Assembly (NCBI GenBank): GCA_047495785.1
Contig: JBLDXI010000061.1
Location: forward strand, 87,575 to 151,574
Length of the DNA stretch: 64,000 nt
Direction of reading: 5' to 3'
DNA from: Lepidodermella squamata
Lineage: Eukaryota; Animalia; Gastrotricha
Both the position numbers and the translations under genes were made by a program. Below are positions 1-12,441 of this stretch, one piece after another; positions within the stretch are counted from its first letter, which is position 1; each line of letters starts with the position of its first letter. A model generated the notes under the pieces. The model made no database searches. It was not told the origin of the DNA and saw nothing but the letters and a program-made list of their open reading frames with translations.

Positions 1-1039
1 GATTAATTCAATGATTTTAGATGTGGTCGATAGTATTATTTGATATGCAAAGTTTGGTCATTTGAATTCCAATCATTTTAAGCTGGCTGAAAATTTTTCA
101 AAATTTTCCAAACCATTTCTGAAACATATTTCATTGAATAATTCCTTCATTTATGATCATGACCATTCGGATGTGTGAATGTACCCAGCCATATTTGATA
201 GCCATTAATTATCTGAATTTAATTTATTTGATCCAATTCTGAAATTTGAAGGTTAACAAAGCTTAAAAGCCTTCATTTGTATTCAATGTAGCAATTAAAT
301 TTGATTCAAAGACAAACCATGAATCCACTAGCAGATAAGCGAACAATTTTTGGTAAAATTCGGCTAGAAGGCTGTGATGCCCACAACCCATCCAAAGTTG
401 AAATTAATCTTTTCTCATAAATCCGTGACAAAAAAAACTGAAGGAGTCGGAGGCGAACCTTGCTTGGGAATCCTGTCCAAAGTTTGCTTGAATCTTCAGT
501 CGAAGATGCATCCTTACTTTATTTTTTCAGAATTCTATTTCAGAAATTCTAATGAATTAACACAGATTCACGGCAATTCCTCGTGATGTGTTTTTGATGG
601 AATCGAAAAAGCTTGAATGCCACCTTCATCTGCTCTCAGCACTGCAGTCAAACATTAGATAATTAGCGGTGTGCTTTTTATCGCTCATTTCAATCATTTT
701 TCCTGACACGTAATCACTACCATTCTCTAAATCATCTCATCAATTACTAGTAGTATTGTTTGTGAATGAAAAAATACGAGAGACCAAACGCGCGCGCACG
801 ATCTCAATCTTGAAGTGCTGAGATAAAAAACATCGATCTGTAAAGATCAAAGATGAAGAGATCACGGCGCGCCGCTGTCAAACTCAAAAATTGGAAACGC
901 CAGGAGCAGCGTTACAATTTTGTTGCTAACGTAAACAAATTTTTCACGTAAATTAAAAATTATCATGTAAAAAATTTTAATTTGTCGAAAAATAATTTTT
1001 CAACAAATAAAATTAACGGAATTCAAAAAAAGTTGCTAG

Positions 1040-1089
1040 TAGCGAGGGATTGCTCTTATCGGGGTTGCTTATATCGAGGGAGCACTGTA
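1040..1089 (-). mobile_element. Tigger/pogo-like terminal inverted repeat remnant
   Basis: Minus strand reads TA|CAGTGCTCCCTCGATATAAGCAACCCCGATAAGAGCAATCCCTCGC, resembling Tigger-type termini; partner end not found in the window. Confidence 0.4.
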
Positions 1090-1728
1090 CTTCCTTGTTT
1101 GTGTATTTTTTTTCTTATGTTGTGAATATTCACACATTCACAAAGCTGTTGCTATCATTATTACCAGGTCACCAATGCGCATATAAGCAAAACGTGGAGA
1201 ATGGAGCGATTTTTGCGATAATATCGCGAGGACTAACTCTCTTGACCAGCCAATGCATTCATATGAGAGCTAGAAGCCACAATCCGAATCAGCAATTAAT
1301 ATTAGGTTTCAATTAAGTTAATTACCATCTTTTAAAATTAATTTAAAACCGCTTAAATTGAAAGTAAGCACTCCCATATCCCACAGCTGATTAAGTTGAT
1401 TTTATGGAATAAAAAAGAAATCACCTATGGTTCCTACATCTCCTCATTCATTTCTCGAAATTGCAAGAACATTTTAATTTCATGATGAAATATCGCATTA
1501 AAAATTAGTTAAATTAAATGCTCACTGACATTCTTATTCGCATCACTTTCTTAATGAAGAAGAAAAAAATGCTAATGAGCCCCCCGCTAAACATCGTTAA
1601 GGGATAGCAATGATGCCATTTTTATGAGGCTGCAATAAAAAAGGTATGTTCGTATTCCAGTGCGCGGAAACATAGAAGTGTCGGGCAGATAATTTTGAAA
1701 CGCACGGTAGAAGTTTGCTCATTGATTT

Positions 1729-2999
1729 ATGTCTCTCGTGTTCAGAGACTCGACGGAGCCAACATTTGACGATGATTGTCGATTGTCTCCAGAGTTTCGT
1801 GACTTCGTTTTATCCATGCTTCGGAAAGAGAAACTACTACGAGCCACAGGAGATGATTTGCTCAAGAGACCCTTTTTGACGCTGAAACCGGGGGTCAGCA
1901 TCGTAACTACAACCATTCCAACGCAAGATACCAACGCTGTAATTGCTGCAAGAGAAGCTTTAGAGGCAAGTGCATAAGCAGTACACTGATCAATACTCTA
2001 TATCTTTTTTTACAGTTGCTTTTCAAATACTCGATGCAACGAACAATGTTGCCCGATATTGAAAAATTGCTGGAGGATCAGCGCTTAAATGTGGACGTGA
2101 ATAGCCGAAACGATGACGGCTTCACGCCGCTGATGATTGCAGCTCAAATGGGATTCCATGAATTTATGACGCCACTGGTGGTTAAGCATGGAGCCAACGT
2201 GGAATTGAGGGACAATTACGGCAAAACAGCAATTTACATGGCGGCTAAAAATGGGCACCACAAAGTAGTGGAAGTTCTTGCCAAAGCATTGGGCGCTAAT
2301 GTTGAAGCAGCTAGTGATAGCGGAGCGACGCCTTTATTAGTCGCTGCTAAAAATGGCCACTTGGAAATTGTGAAGCTACTCGCTGGAGAGTTCAAAGCAG
2401 ATGTGAATGCAGCGACGAATGATGGTGCTTCGCCACTATTAGCTGCTGCTCATAAAGGCCACTTGGAAATTGTGAAGCTACTTGCTGGAGAGTTCAAAGC
2501 AGATGTGAATGCAGCAATGAAACATGGTGCTTCACCGCTATTAGCTGCTGTTCATAAAGGCCACTTGGAAATTGTGAAGCTACTCGCTGGAGAGTTCAAA
2601 GCAGATGTGAATGCAACGATGAATGATGGTGATTCACCGCTATATATCGCTGCTCGAAAAGGCCACTTGGAAATTGTGAAGCTACTCGCTGGAGAGTTCA
2701 AAGCAGATGTGAATGCCGCGACGAAAGAGGGTGTTTCACCGCTATATATCGCAGCTCAAAATGGCCACTCGGAAATTGTAAAAGTTTTAGTTTATGAATT
2801 CCATGCAGATGTTTGGTCAGATGATGGGTCGTCGTTGGTGCTCGCATCCGAAAAGGGTTATCGCCGCGTTATTGAATCTTTATTGAAGGTGCCTGACATA
2901 AAAGTTGATTCCGAAATGCATGTAATGGGAGTTTCGGCTCTATCACCAGTCTATCATCCTATTTCGAAAAATATACAAAAAACGAATAATTTACATTAG
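1729..2999 (+). CDS. 5'-truncated kinase-tail + ankyrin-repeat protein (probable partial gene/pseudogene)
   Basis: Exon 1729-1965 encodes a kinase subdomain XI tail (LSPEFRDFVLSMLRK...RATGDDLLKRPFL). A 50-bp phase-0 GC-AG intron (1966-2015, GAG|gcaagt...tacag) joins it to exon 2016-2999 with ~8 ankyrin repeats (G.SPLY.AA.KGHLEIVKLL). No upstream kinase exons visible. Confidence 0.75.
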
Positions 3000-3059
3000 T
3001 TTAGGGCTGAGTCTCCTAATGATGCATAAATGAGGGGTCAACATTTTGAAAAGTTGTTT

Positions 3060-3062
<3 letters not shown>

Positions 3063-3143
<81 letters not shown>
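3063..3143. repeat. (ATT)n microsatellite
   Basis: Perfect ATT run of ~27 units. Confidence 0.97.
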
Positions 3144-3179
3144 TCTATTCTAAGTTATGTCTACCGATGTCCCGTTTCG

Positions 3180-3640
3180 GGCGATTTGATCGAAAACGGG
3201 GTTTCTGTAAATTTCTACTGCATTCAAATTGATAAAAATCTGAATTTCGAAAGCCACTGTGCTATCTTTAGAAGCAAATGCGCTCAATTAATTGGTTATA
3301 TTTTTAAAGCTTTCACATCTGAATCTATGCGCTTACAAGCCTATAAGACCTATGTGCTACCTATATTGTTTTCGCTATATTGTAAAAAATCCTAATGATA
3401 CGTTCCGAAATGCTACCAAACCAGCGTATAAAAATTTCTTTCTTAATCGTAACATTGATATATGGAATAATCTGATTCTCTCCCTGTTGAAATACGTAAT
3501 GAAATCTCCAAAAGAAATATTTTCCGCGTGGATCTTAACTCCTATATAAAATGTGAACTATTACTGGGTTAGTGTTAGTGGCCTGCCCTTCTAATCCTGA
3601 AAGTAATTTCGAAATACAAGTATTATTATTATTATTATTA
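3180..3640 (+). mobile_element. Decayed non-LTR (CR1/L2-like) retrotransposon 3' end
   Basis: Fragments IDKNLNFESHC...LIGYIFKAF...AYKTYVLPIL and FFLNRNIDIWNNL typical of the LINE RT C-terminus; ends in a (TAT)n tail. Confidence 0.6.
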
Positions 3641-3651
3641 GACTACAAAAG

Positions 3652-4548
3652 GGTGTGCCGACAAATGAGTACCGCAACACTTAAGCCCCGTCACTTGCGC
3701 CCCGACAAATGAGCCCAAAAACACTTGCGCCCCGTTTTAAAAATGACACTTGAGTACGCGACTTTTGAGCCCAAATTAAAATATTCAGGGGCGACATTTG
3801 CACACACGACAGATGCGCCCAGCGACACTTGAGTTCAGCCCGCGACATTTGCGCCCTATTTATCTGCGACATTTGCGCCCAGATATACCGTATTTGTGCC
3901 TATAGCAGCCCGGGCTACTAAAATTTCAACCTAGAAATTTTGAAATTTTTTTGATATCTTTGATATTATTTGTTTGCCTTCGCATAATTTAAAATAGCTC
4001 CTGAACCAAGAGGAAAAATGTGATGCGGTTTTTACCAGGCGATAGATCTGAGAGCGCGGTAAACTTAAGAGCTTTGGATTCGTGAGAGAAAACAGGTGAA
4101 AACGACTTTGGTTGAAAATTTCCATTTTTGAATGCTATTTTGGGGTCCACAACACGCAGAACCCAATCGCTGGTTATTTCCCCAACTTCCATTGAGGGGT
4201 AACGCTAACGAAAACCGCTATGATAGAGATAGAGATAGCATAACTTAATGGAAGTTGGGAAAATAACCAGCGATTGGGTTCTGCGGGTTGTGGACCCCAA
4301 AATAGCATTCAAAAATGAAAATGGTCATTACATTTGCGACCTGTACTCCTTTCCCGTTATTTCTATCTATTTATTTAACTTCGGCGACAGTTGAGCCCTG
4401 GGCGCAAGTGTTCCAGGACGCAAGTTGAAATAAATTTATTATTTTTATAAATGGGCGCAAGTTAAAGCTGGGCGCAAATGTCGGTACTCAATTGTCGGGG
4501 CGCAAGTGTCGCGGCGCAAGTGTCGCGGTACTCAAATGTTAGGCGACC
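3652..4548. mobile_element. Non-autonomous DNA transposon (MULE-like) with long repetitive TIRs
   Basis: Flanking direct repeat ctacaaaagg (8-10 bp TSD depending on boundary). Left arm has many acttgcgccc/atttgcgccc units and right arm the reverse complement gggcgcaagt. Confidence 0.8.
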
Positions 4549-5706
4549 TACAAAAGGCGTGCCTACCCACTAACAAACAAAAATGACAATAAAAATTGAA
4601 AAATCTATAAACTTGTGTGAAAAAAAATATATATAAAAAAAATTCTGAAAAATACTCAAAAAAAATGAAAAAATGAAAGAAAATTATAATGAAACTATGC
4701 TGTGTGATTGTATACGTTCTAATTCATTGTACGAACCAACTCTTATATATATTTTTTGTGCATATATGTGCCTATGTAATCAGTGTGTGCATAATATTAC
4801 TAAAAGATATTAGATATGATTGAATAGTAATAAAGCAGAAAAAAAAAATTTACGCAACAACTCTCTAACTAAATATACGGAACGAAATATAACCAATTCT
4901 CATTCACGTTTATTGCTAATTAAAAATTTTGTAAATGCTTGGCGCCTTCGGGCTGGCATATTATATCGAAATAATGAGAAAATAAAATAATCATGTTGTT
5001 GTTGTTGTTGTTATTATTATTATTGTTGATGTTGAGTTTTCAAATTTCTTTATTTTTTTCTACAAAGTATGCTCCTTTTCATAGTTTACAACAAACCTAA
5101 TGCCGTCGTGACTGCAAAAAGTTTTCCTTAGGAGGATTGTTAATTTCTGGAATAACCTGAATTTTAACACTATTAATGCTAGCTTGAACATGTTTAAAAA
5201 CACCATAATGTCAAGTGATTGTTCGAAATTTCTTACCTCATCAGTGAGGCGCCAGCTCTAATATTTCTTTGTTTTCTTATCATTTTGCTATAATTGCCTC
5301 GGCGATGGTTGCAAGTAACATTAAAATAAAAATAAAATAAATAAAATTCTGACATCGGAATCGTGATCTACGTGGTCGATTTACCCTATCCAGCCAGGAC
5401 AAAATCATGAGACGCAGTATAACTGAATGAACACAGCTTTACTGTTGGCTACGCTTTTAGGCCCTGTAATATTTTCCAGAGTAATTCGCTTTTGTCGGAT
5501 CGGAGCGCAGGTGCCCGCATAACAGGAAAAATAGCCAGCTTTTGAGGTGGTAGTAGTGACGTCACTGCTTCCTCATTTCGTCAGTTCGTTACTCTGTTAT
5601 TCCCGAAAAAGCTAACACACTTCAAAAAATAAGAGAGACAGTTGCAGCCGAACTCAAAAACTATTGGTTCAGTTTTGAGACCCACGATGCGATGCCGCTA
5701 TACAAT

Positions 5707-5853
5707 CAGGGTGCGAAGTACAGGGGTGCCTAACCGGGACTTTAATCAGAGGAAGGCTGAATAAAACCACAGGGGGACCCTTTGGTTTCGTCGGCTGGGT
5801 CGTAGAAAACAAGTAAAAAATACCTTAGCTCCCGGATCCTACTTCGCACACTG
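5707..5853. mobile_element. hAT-type MITE, family A
   Basis: TIR cagggtgcgaagta...tacttcgcacactg, perfect 8-bp TSD tatacaat. Related copies at ~11787, ~32416, ~36560 and ~45619. Confidence 0.9.
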
Positions 5854-7745
5854 TATACAATGGGTGGTTTCGATCAAATGTTCGTAGCTACCGAATCTTC
5901 CTTACTAAAGATGACATACAGGTAGGTTCAGGATCAGTTTCATCAAATTACTCACTTCTTTTGCTCAGGGGCCTTCTTATCGGAAGCATCAGCAGCTTTC
6001 ACCTGTTCCATTAACGCCAACATAGCCTCATCGTTTTGCCAGATCGAGCTCGGCGTGTCGACTTTAGGGTTGAACTGATTTCGAAACTTTTCTTTGAGCT
6101 TGGCCTTTCAGTTGCTCAATATCGATCTTGGGTGCTTCGACGGCATCGCCGACAGCAGCCTCTTGGTTAACAACTACTGGATCAACTTCCTCCATTTAAA
6201 AATGAATTATGACTCTAAGGGACTACTTTGCGCCTTGACTTGTTATTTTCAGAAACATCTGTTAAGCGTAATCACTCAAAAACACCATCTGGCTCACATT
6301 ACATAGCTGTTTTCATTTAAATGCCATTAAAAGTTAACTCTAAATATCTAATGTCAACATCAAACGTGTTAAGTCGACATTACATAGGCTGGGTCTATGT
6401 AAAGTTAACATTACATAAAAATCGACATTATATACGACATATACGAATTAATCACGGCTGCGTGATTAAACAACGTGTTAAATTAAATTGAATTGTATAC
6501 TGGTTGAACTTTGAATGATGGACTGCCTAAGGAATTGCGCCTGTAAAAAAAACGAATGAAACATAATTTGAAAAAGCAGGATCTTGAACCGTGGAGGTAG
6601 GTAAGGATTAATCTTTGTCAGCCTTCACCCTTTTCAAAACCGGAAACGGTAAATGACGGCAGTCTAGGAGGGGTTAATTAAAAACTATTGTTATTTTAAT
6701 TTATCTGCCTAGACACCATGGATATGCTTTTTCTCATCCAGATTTTAAGTAGAGAATGTGTTTTTCTTCAGGAAATAACCAAACATATAGGAACAGGAAT
6801 CCTGAACTTGTGCTTCGTGCGAAAACTCGATTTCAGCGCTTGAATCTCGTTTCAGCCCTTATCATCGTTAGGGATTCCATTTCGCATTGTTTTCTGAACA
6901 CTAGTGTATCCATCTGTCCATTTATCTGACCATTTGTCCCAAAGTAACATAGACATCTTTCAAGTCCTTGCCTCCATAACAACAAAAGGATTTACATTTT
7001 TCGTAAATACACCATGGTTTACATACGGTTTTACTTTTGCTGGTAATAACGTGTATTCATGATGTTTAAAGCTACCAACACACACCGGCTTGTCAAAATG
7101 GTTACACACTACACACAACGTGCTCGGATAGCATTATAACAAAAGCCATTAGCTTGCAGCTTTCACTATCAATTTTCGATCACGTAGCTACGAACTACGA
7201 GCACACCAAACGAGACAATTGTTTTGCGACGACTGTGTTGCCTTGCGACTCCAGATAGACTAAACCTCTCACATCAACTTCAACCTTCAATCAATTTTGC
7301 AGTTGTCTTGACCTGAAGAGGCCTGTTCCTCGCCTTGCAAGGGCTCTAGCGTTGGAGGATCGATCAAAAGCAGCGGCCGGGATTGACTGTGGCATACGTA
7401 AGTCTAGGAATAAAATGTTGATTAAATTCAGACCTAATCCCGCGTTTATATCATGGTAATGTACCTATAAGGGCCACGAAATCAGGACTCTAAGGGACGA
7501 GTTCAAATTCCATTGTGGTTCTGGCTATTGATTATTTGAAATGTCCTCGAAGATTACCAGGGTATATTTCATCTCGCGGAAAATTGATTTTCAATTGTGA
7601 AAATTCTGCTTTATTTTTTGTAATTGGATGGGATTAGCTACTTAGGTCGCAATACATCTTTAGTTAAAATCCCATGTGTCATTCTGACCATTAACCATTC
7701 TGAGAGAAAATTCAATTTTTATCCGCGATTTAACCGAAGAAATAC

Positions 7746-7799
<54 letters not shown>
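7746..7799. repeat. (AAT)n microsatellite
   Basis: Perfect AAT run. Confidence 0.95.
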
Positions 7800-8189
7800 G
7801 TTTTATTTTTCCTCTTCGAAACTGAGCGTCGTTCTTTAATCTTTACCCTTATTTTTTATCATTGGTTTTCTTTTTCCAGCGAATTTCCTTAGTAAGACCT
7901 ACTTTAATTTGGTTTCTATGCACTCCGTTGATCCATCTGGCTCGAGGTCTACCCCTGGGTGCGAACCACCCAATCAGAGGCCTCCAAATATATATTTTGT
8001 GTATTAGTCCTTCTACATCGATTTTCGAATTCTAAGACATTTTTAGATCTTGTTTTTACTTTTTCTAACTTTGAAACTATAAAAAATGTACCGAAGAAAA
8101 CCCGGAAAACCCAGACTCATTCTAATATCTCAACCAAATATCCCCAGACTCATTCGATCCCTTTAACAAGTGACATACTTCATTGTGTG

Positions 8190-8509
8190 ACCACTTAAAA
8201 GTCCAATCTAATGCGCACGTTGATTGGTCAATCGATCGTTGCTATGACTCCCGGATGAAACGTTCTGTCGTGCGATCCATAAGATTTTTTGCAACAAGTG
8301 TTTTTTTCCGCAGCAATTTACCACAATTTATATGGAGTTTACGCTCGTTGTCAATGGAAACCGGGCAGAGGGTGTGGCAAGGTCATTTTTGTCATAAATA
8401 TAAAATAATTTATTAGTGGATCGCACGACGGAAATGTTTCATTTCGGAGTCATTAGCAACGATAAATTGACCAATCAGCGCGCGCGCCAAGGTTCAACTT
8501 ACCAGTGGT
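8190..8509. mobile_element. MITE-like element
   Basis: Imperfect ~60-bp inverted arms (accact...gattggtcaat.gatcgttgctatgactcc / ggagtcattagcaacgat.aattgaccaatc...agtggt). Confidence 0.6.
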
Positions 8510-9186
8510 TCCACAATGTTGATTATTCTTCTCGTGACTTTTGTATTTTTTCTGATTTTTTCTTGCCATCAGATTTAAGAGTTCTGAATTCTCATCTCTA
8601 TACTTATGGGACGCGCTGTAGCTTCATTTCATGTCCTCCGTTCAATCAGCTAGCTAGTAATTTATAACTGTTGATAGCTAAGTGAATGAGGGCGACTTTA
8701 TAGATAATTTCGGCGACAGGCGAGCAGACCTGTTACTTGCAAACTGTTAATCGCACAAGAGTCCTCTGTCGAATGGATGTAACCCCGTAGAAAAAGTCCT
8801 CGAATTTACGAAATTGCAGGCCAAAAACTTTAATCATAATTTATTTGACACTCATGCATGTTTTAAATAAAAGATGCGCGCATACACACACAAAAGTTCT
8901 TGTCTCAAGAAAAAAACGTGCGCATGCAGATCATTACGTTATTATTTTATTTTTTATAAGCTTCGCCCGAGGTAGGTAGATTTTTCGGTAAGCTGTAATA
9001 ATAATGAAGATATTGACAGCGCCAACTATCGTGGAAGCTTCCAATTAAATTTGCCACACAAGTACTAGAACTGGCAGAGAGAAAGCGATGCATCCATCTA
9101 CATTAGCTGAAGCTAACTACTTGGTGTACAGTGGGTGTTTTCATTATCACTGACGTCTTTGTTTTCGAGAATATCATTTCCACAAA

Positions 9187-11566
9187 ATGAGCCTGTTCTT
9201 GATAGTCATAGGTAAATTTTGATCATATCGTCTTTGAATAACTTGGATTCAAGTTTTTCAAAGCAAATTGCTTCCTCCTCTTTGTTAACAGAAGTTAGTT
9301 CCCTAAACTGACTAAATCCCAGTTGCTGAGCATCATTGCCGAGGGATTAGAGCCTAGATCCGGGTTAGTAATCCGGCCAGCAATAGGAATTCCTTTACCC
9401 TCTTTATTTATATGGTGCCAATAATTACTGTCGCCATAAACTGATTGAAAACAGCTGAACTTCCAGTTGCTCAATGACGCTAATTATATGTTCTTTTTCG
9501 CCATGAAAGGCCTGGCCAGCATCGGCTATTCCTCTTGCTGCTCTCCGACCCTGCAAAAGACCGCCCTTGTATGTTTCTTCCAACTGGCTTCTCTCGAATC
9601 AGTGTACCAATGGTTTTCCAGGCATGTAAGAATGGTGGTACGTACGATTCTTCTTCTGATGCATGTCGATGCCCGTATGGTTACAACGGCACGCAGTGTG
9701 AAAATTGTAAGTTCTACTTGCGAGCTCATAATCGATGTCAAATGTAACCTAATCTTTACAGATTGGTGTGCGGGCTGCAAAAACGGAGGGACCTGCAGTG
9801 GTCCTAACACCTGCACCTGCGCAAGTGGCTGGCGTGGATCGACCTGCGACGAATGTGAGTTGTTGGCCTCCGACGAGAAAAATCAAATGCTTATTTTCGC
9901 TGGTTAGATTATTGTCAGTCGGGCTGCTGGAACGGTGGCGTATGCACTGGCTCCAACGCCTGCCAATGCCTGCCTGCGTGGACTGGGCCGAATTGCAACA
10001 TATGTAAGCTCATCGAAGTCGAAAAATTACATAACTATTGACATTTTCACTGTGTTCTAATTTCAGCCTCGTGTACGCCACCATGTTCAAACAATGGCGT
10101 TTGCCTCTCCGGCAATCAATGTAGTTGCGTGAACGGTTATACCGGCTCGCGGTGCGCGGATAGTAAGACCTAGCACTGGATTAATCCCAGTTGACTCATA
10201 ATTTATTTTTCCAGTTCCCTGCCCTACACCCTGCCAGAATGGCGGTACCTGCTCAGCCCCGAACACTTGCACTTGCGCATTTGGATATTTAGATGCTGAC
10301 TGCTCCAGGGGTAAGGAGTTTCGCCATGGAATACAACCATGATAACCGATTTCATTATTCAGCCAAGTACTATCTAGCTGGGACCACGTCTGATTTCCGC
10401 ACAGCTACAACTATATGTGAGAAAGCAAACAGCCGTGCTGTTGTGATTTATACGCAAGGTGAGTTGGACAAGGCAAAAGCCAGCTTAGGGGCAAGGGCCG
10501 CAGTTTGGATTGCGCTATCGGCCGGTTTTCGCTGGGCCTATGACAACTCGGCAGTTGGACTAACAAATATTTGGGGACCTGGCGAGCCGAGTGGTGATGG
10601 CAGCTGTAAGTTTTGAGCAATAGCGTAAAGTAGGCTTTACTGAGTTTTGAGGACCGAGGGCCGAGGATTTAGGGCGACCGGTCGAGGCTTTCGCAGGAAA
10701 TCCTTTGATGTTTTTCCGAGAGGTATCGAGTATGTATCCTCCATCCTAAATGGTGTTAAGAAAACCCCAACAATTAAAGGGGGCCCTTTCCTTAAATAAA
10801 TTCGGGGCTGAAAATTCCTCACCCTGAGGATACTACTTTGCCCACTGTTACAGCTGGTTGACCACCTTGCTGGTTGATATTGCCGCCGATTAGGGACATT
10901 TCCGGCAGCCAAAATCACCCGTAGCCGGGAAAGTTTCAGCATTCTTTCAATTAAGATTTGAATTTGGTTATAAATGACGATTTTTGTTTGCGCTGTTCTC
11001 GCTGACTAATTGCGTTTACTTTTCAGGTGTCACTCTGTATGGCCCGATCAGTGGGCTTAACGACGAACCATGTACCTCTGTTAACAAAGTGCTTTGCCAA
11101 AGTTTAACCGATGTGAGTCTTTTTATTACCGTGACTTATTTCCTTAAAACTGTTCTGTATTTTAGGATACTGATGTTCAAAACGTCGCGCCTGATGCTAA
11201 TTGGGCGACTGCTAAAAGCAATTGCGAAGGAAGAGGACTCAGACTGGCCGTCCTGAAGACGCGAACAATCGTTCAGTCGATGCTTGACGGTAGTAAAACT
11301 GGATGGATCGCCGCGAAACGTCCTGATGGAAGTAATTTCTACTGGTCGACGGGCGTCGCTGTCACGCCGAGCAATACCATTCCACCATGGGCAACAGGCC
11401 AGCCTGAAATAAGCGATAGCAAGCAATGTAACCTTCTAGAAAATGTTGTTCTCATTGTTTAAATTCGATTTCCTGTAATTCAGGCGTCACGATGGACACA
11501 TCGGGTCAAATGACGGTTACAAAGTGCAGCGATAGCTACGATGCGCTATGCGAGTATACATCCTAA
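9187..11566 (+). CDS. Secreted 5xEGF + 2x C-type lectin domain protein (paralog 1)
   Basis: Multi-exon gene, one EGF per ~95-bp exon (e.g. CKNGGTCSGPNTCTCASGWRGSTC). CTLD1 has WGPGEPSGDGSC and CTLD2 has WATGQPEISDSKQC; GT-AG introns. Confidence 0.85.
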
Positions 11567-11786
11567 AGCGGAAATCAACAAGATGCATTGTAGATTTAAT
11601 AACTTTCCCAATTATTTGAATCCAGTAAGATAAAATGTATGAAAAATGATAAATATATCATCAAATTTATCAATATCTTCGGCAACCCTGAATTGCTTTC
11701 ATGATGAATTTCGTTCGTAAATTGATATGATTTCGAAGACAGTATTATATTGGAGATTTTATTGGAAAAGTTCTAATCACAATGCC

Positions 11787-11948
11787 CAGGGTGCGAAGTA
11801 CAGGGTGCTGGGGCAGCCAAGCTGCGATTTGCAAACTACAGCAAGAAGAGGCGCAAGAAGGTTGGCTGAAAAAGCCACAGGGGGCTCTCTTTTCTTCCCT
11901 GGACTGGGCTTGGGAAAACATGCCTCCAGAATCCAACTTCCTACCTTG
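11787..11948. mobile_element. hAT-type MITE family A, degenerate copy
   Basis: Starts cagggtgcgaagtacagggtgc; internal similarity to 5707-5853. Confidence 0.7.
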
Positions 11949-12441
11949 TGTTGTAGGCTCGCATGAATAAACATCTAGAATTTGGTGATAACAGTTCTTC
12001 GGCAAATCTGCTATTCTTCTGCCGGGATTGGCTCATCCGGAAATTTTTGAAAATTCCAAGAAAATTAGTTTATCAATGTGGAGAATTTTCTCATTCCAAC
12101 AATATCAAAAGTGTGCGGTAATGATTTTATTTTGATTTTCCGATATTTTTTGCTATTAATTATGCTGCGTATGAGCCAACCGCGGCAGAAGAACGGCAGA
12201 TTTGCCGAAAAAGGACTAGTTGGTCAGTCGATTTATGGGCGGATAGGGCGTTCGGTGGCATAATAAATGGTCGCGTGCCGCGCTTCATGCAATAACAGCT
12301 CAAATAAATTCACTATAGGAAGATCGTTTGCTTCCTATCCGTTACAGTGATGTATATGAAGTGAAGCTAACCACTTGGTGTATAGAGTGCGCTTTTACTC
12401 TCATTGACACGTTTTATGTTTGAAAATATCATTAAGACTAA

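Noticed and set aside
3030-3395. Poly-Ile ORF
   Set aside because: Artefact of the (ATT)n microsatellite running into a LINE remnant
7300-7390. ctgaagag as a possible hammerhead ribozyme core
   Set aside because: No properly placed GAAA or closing stems found
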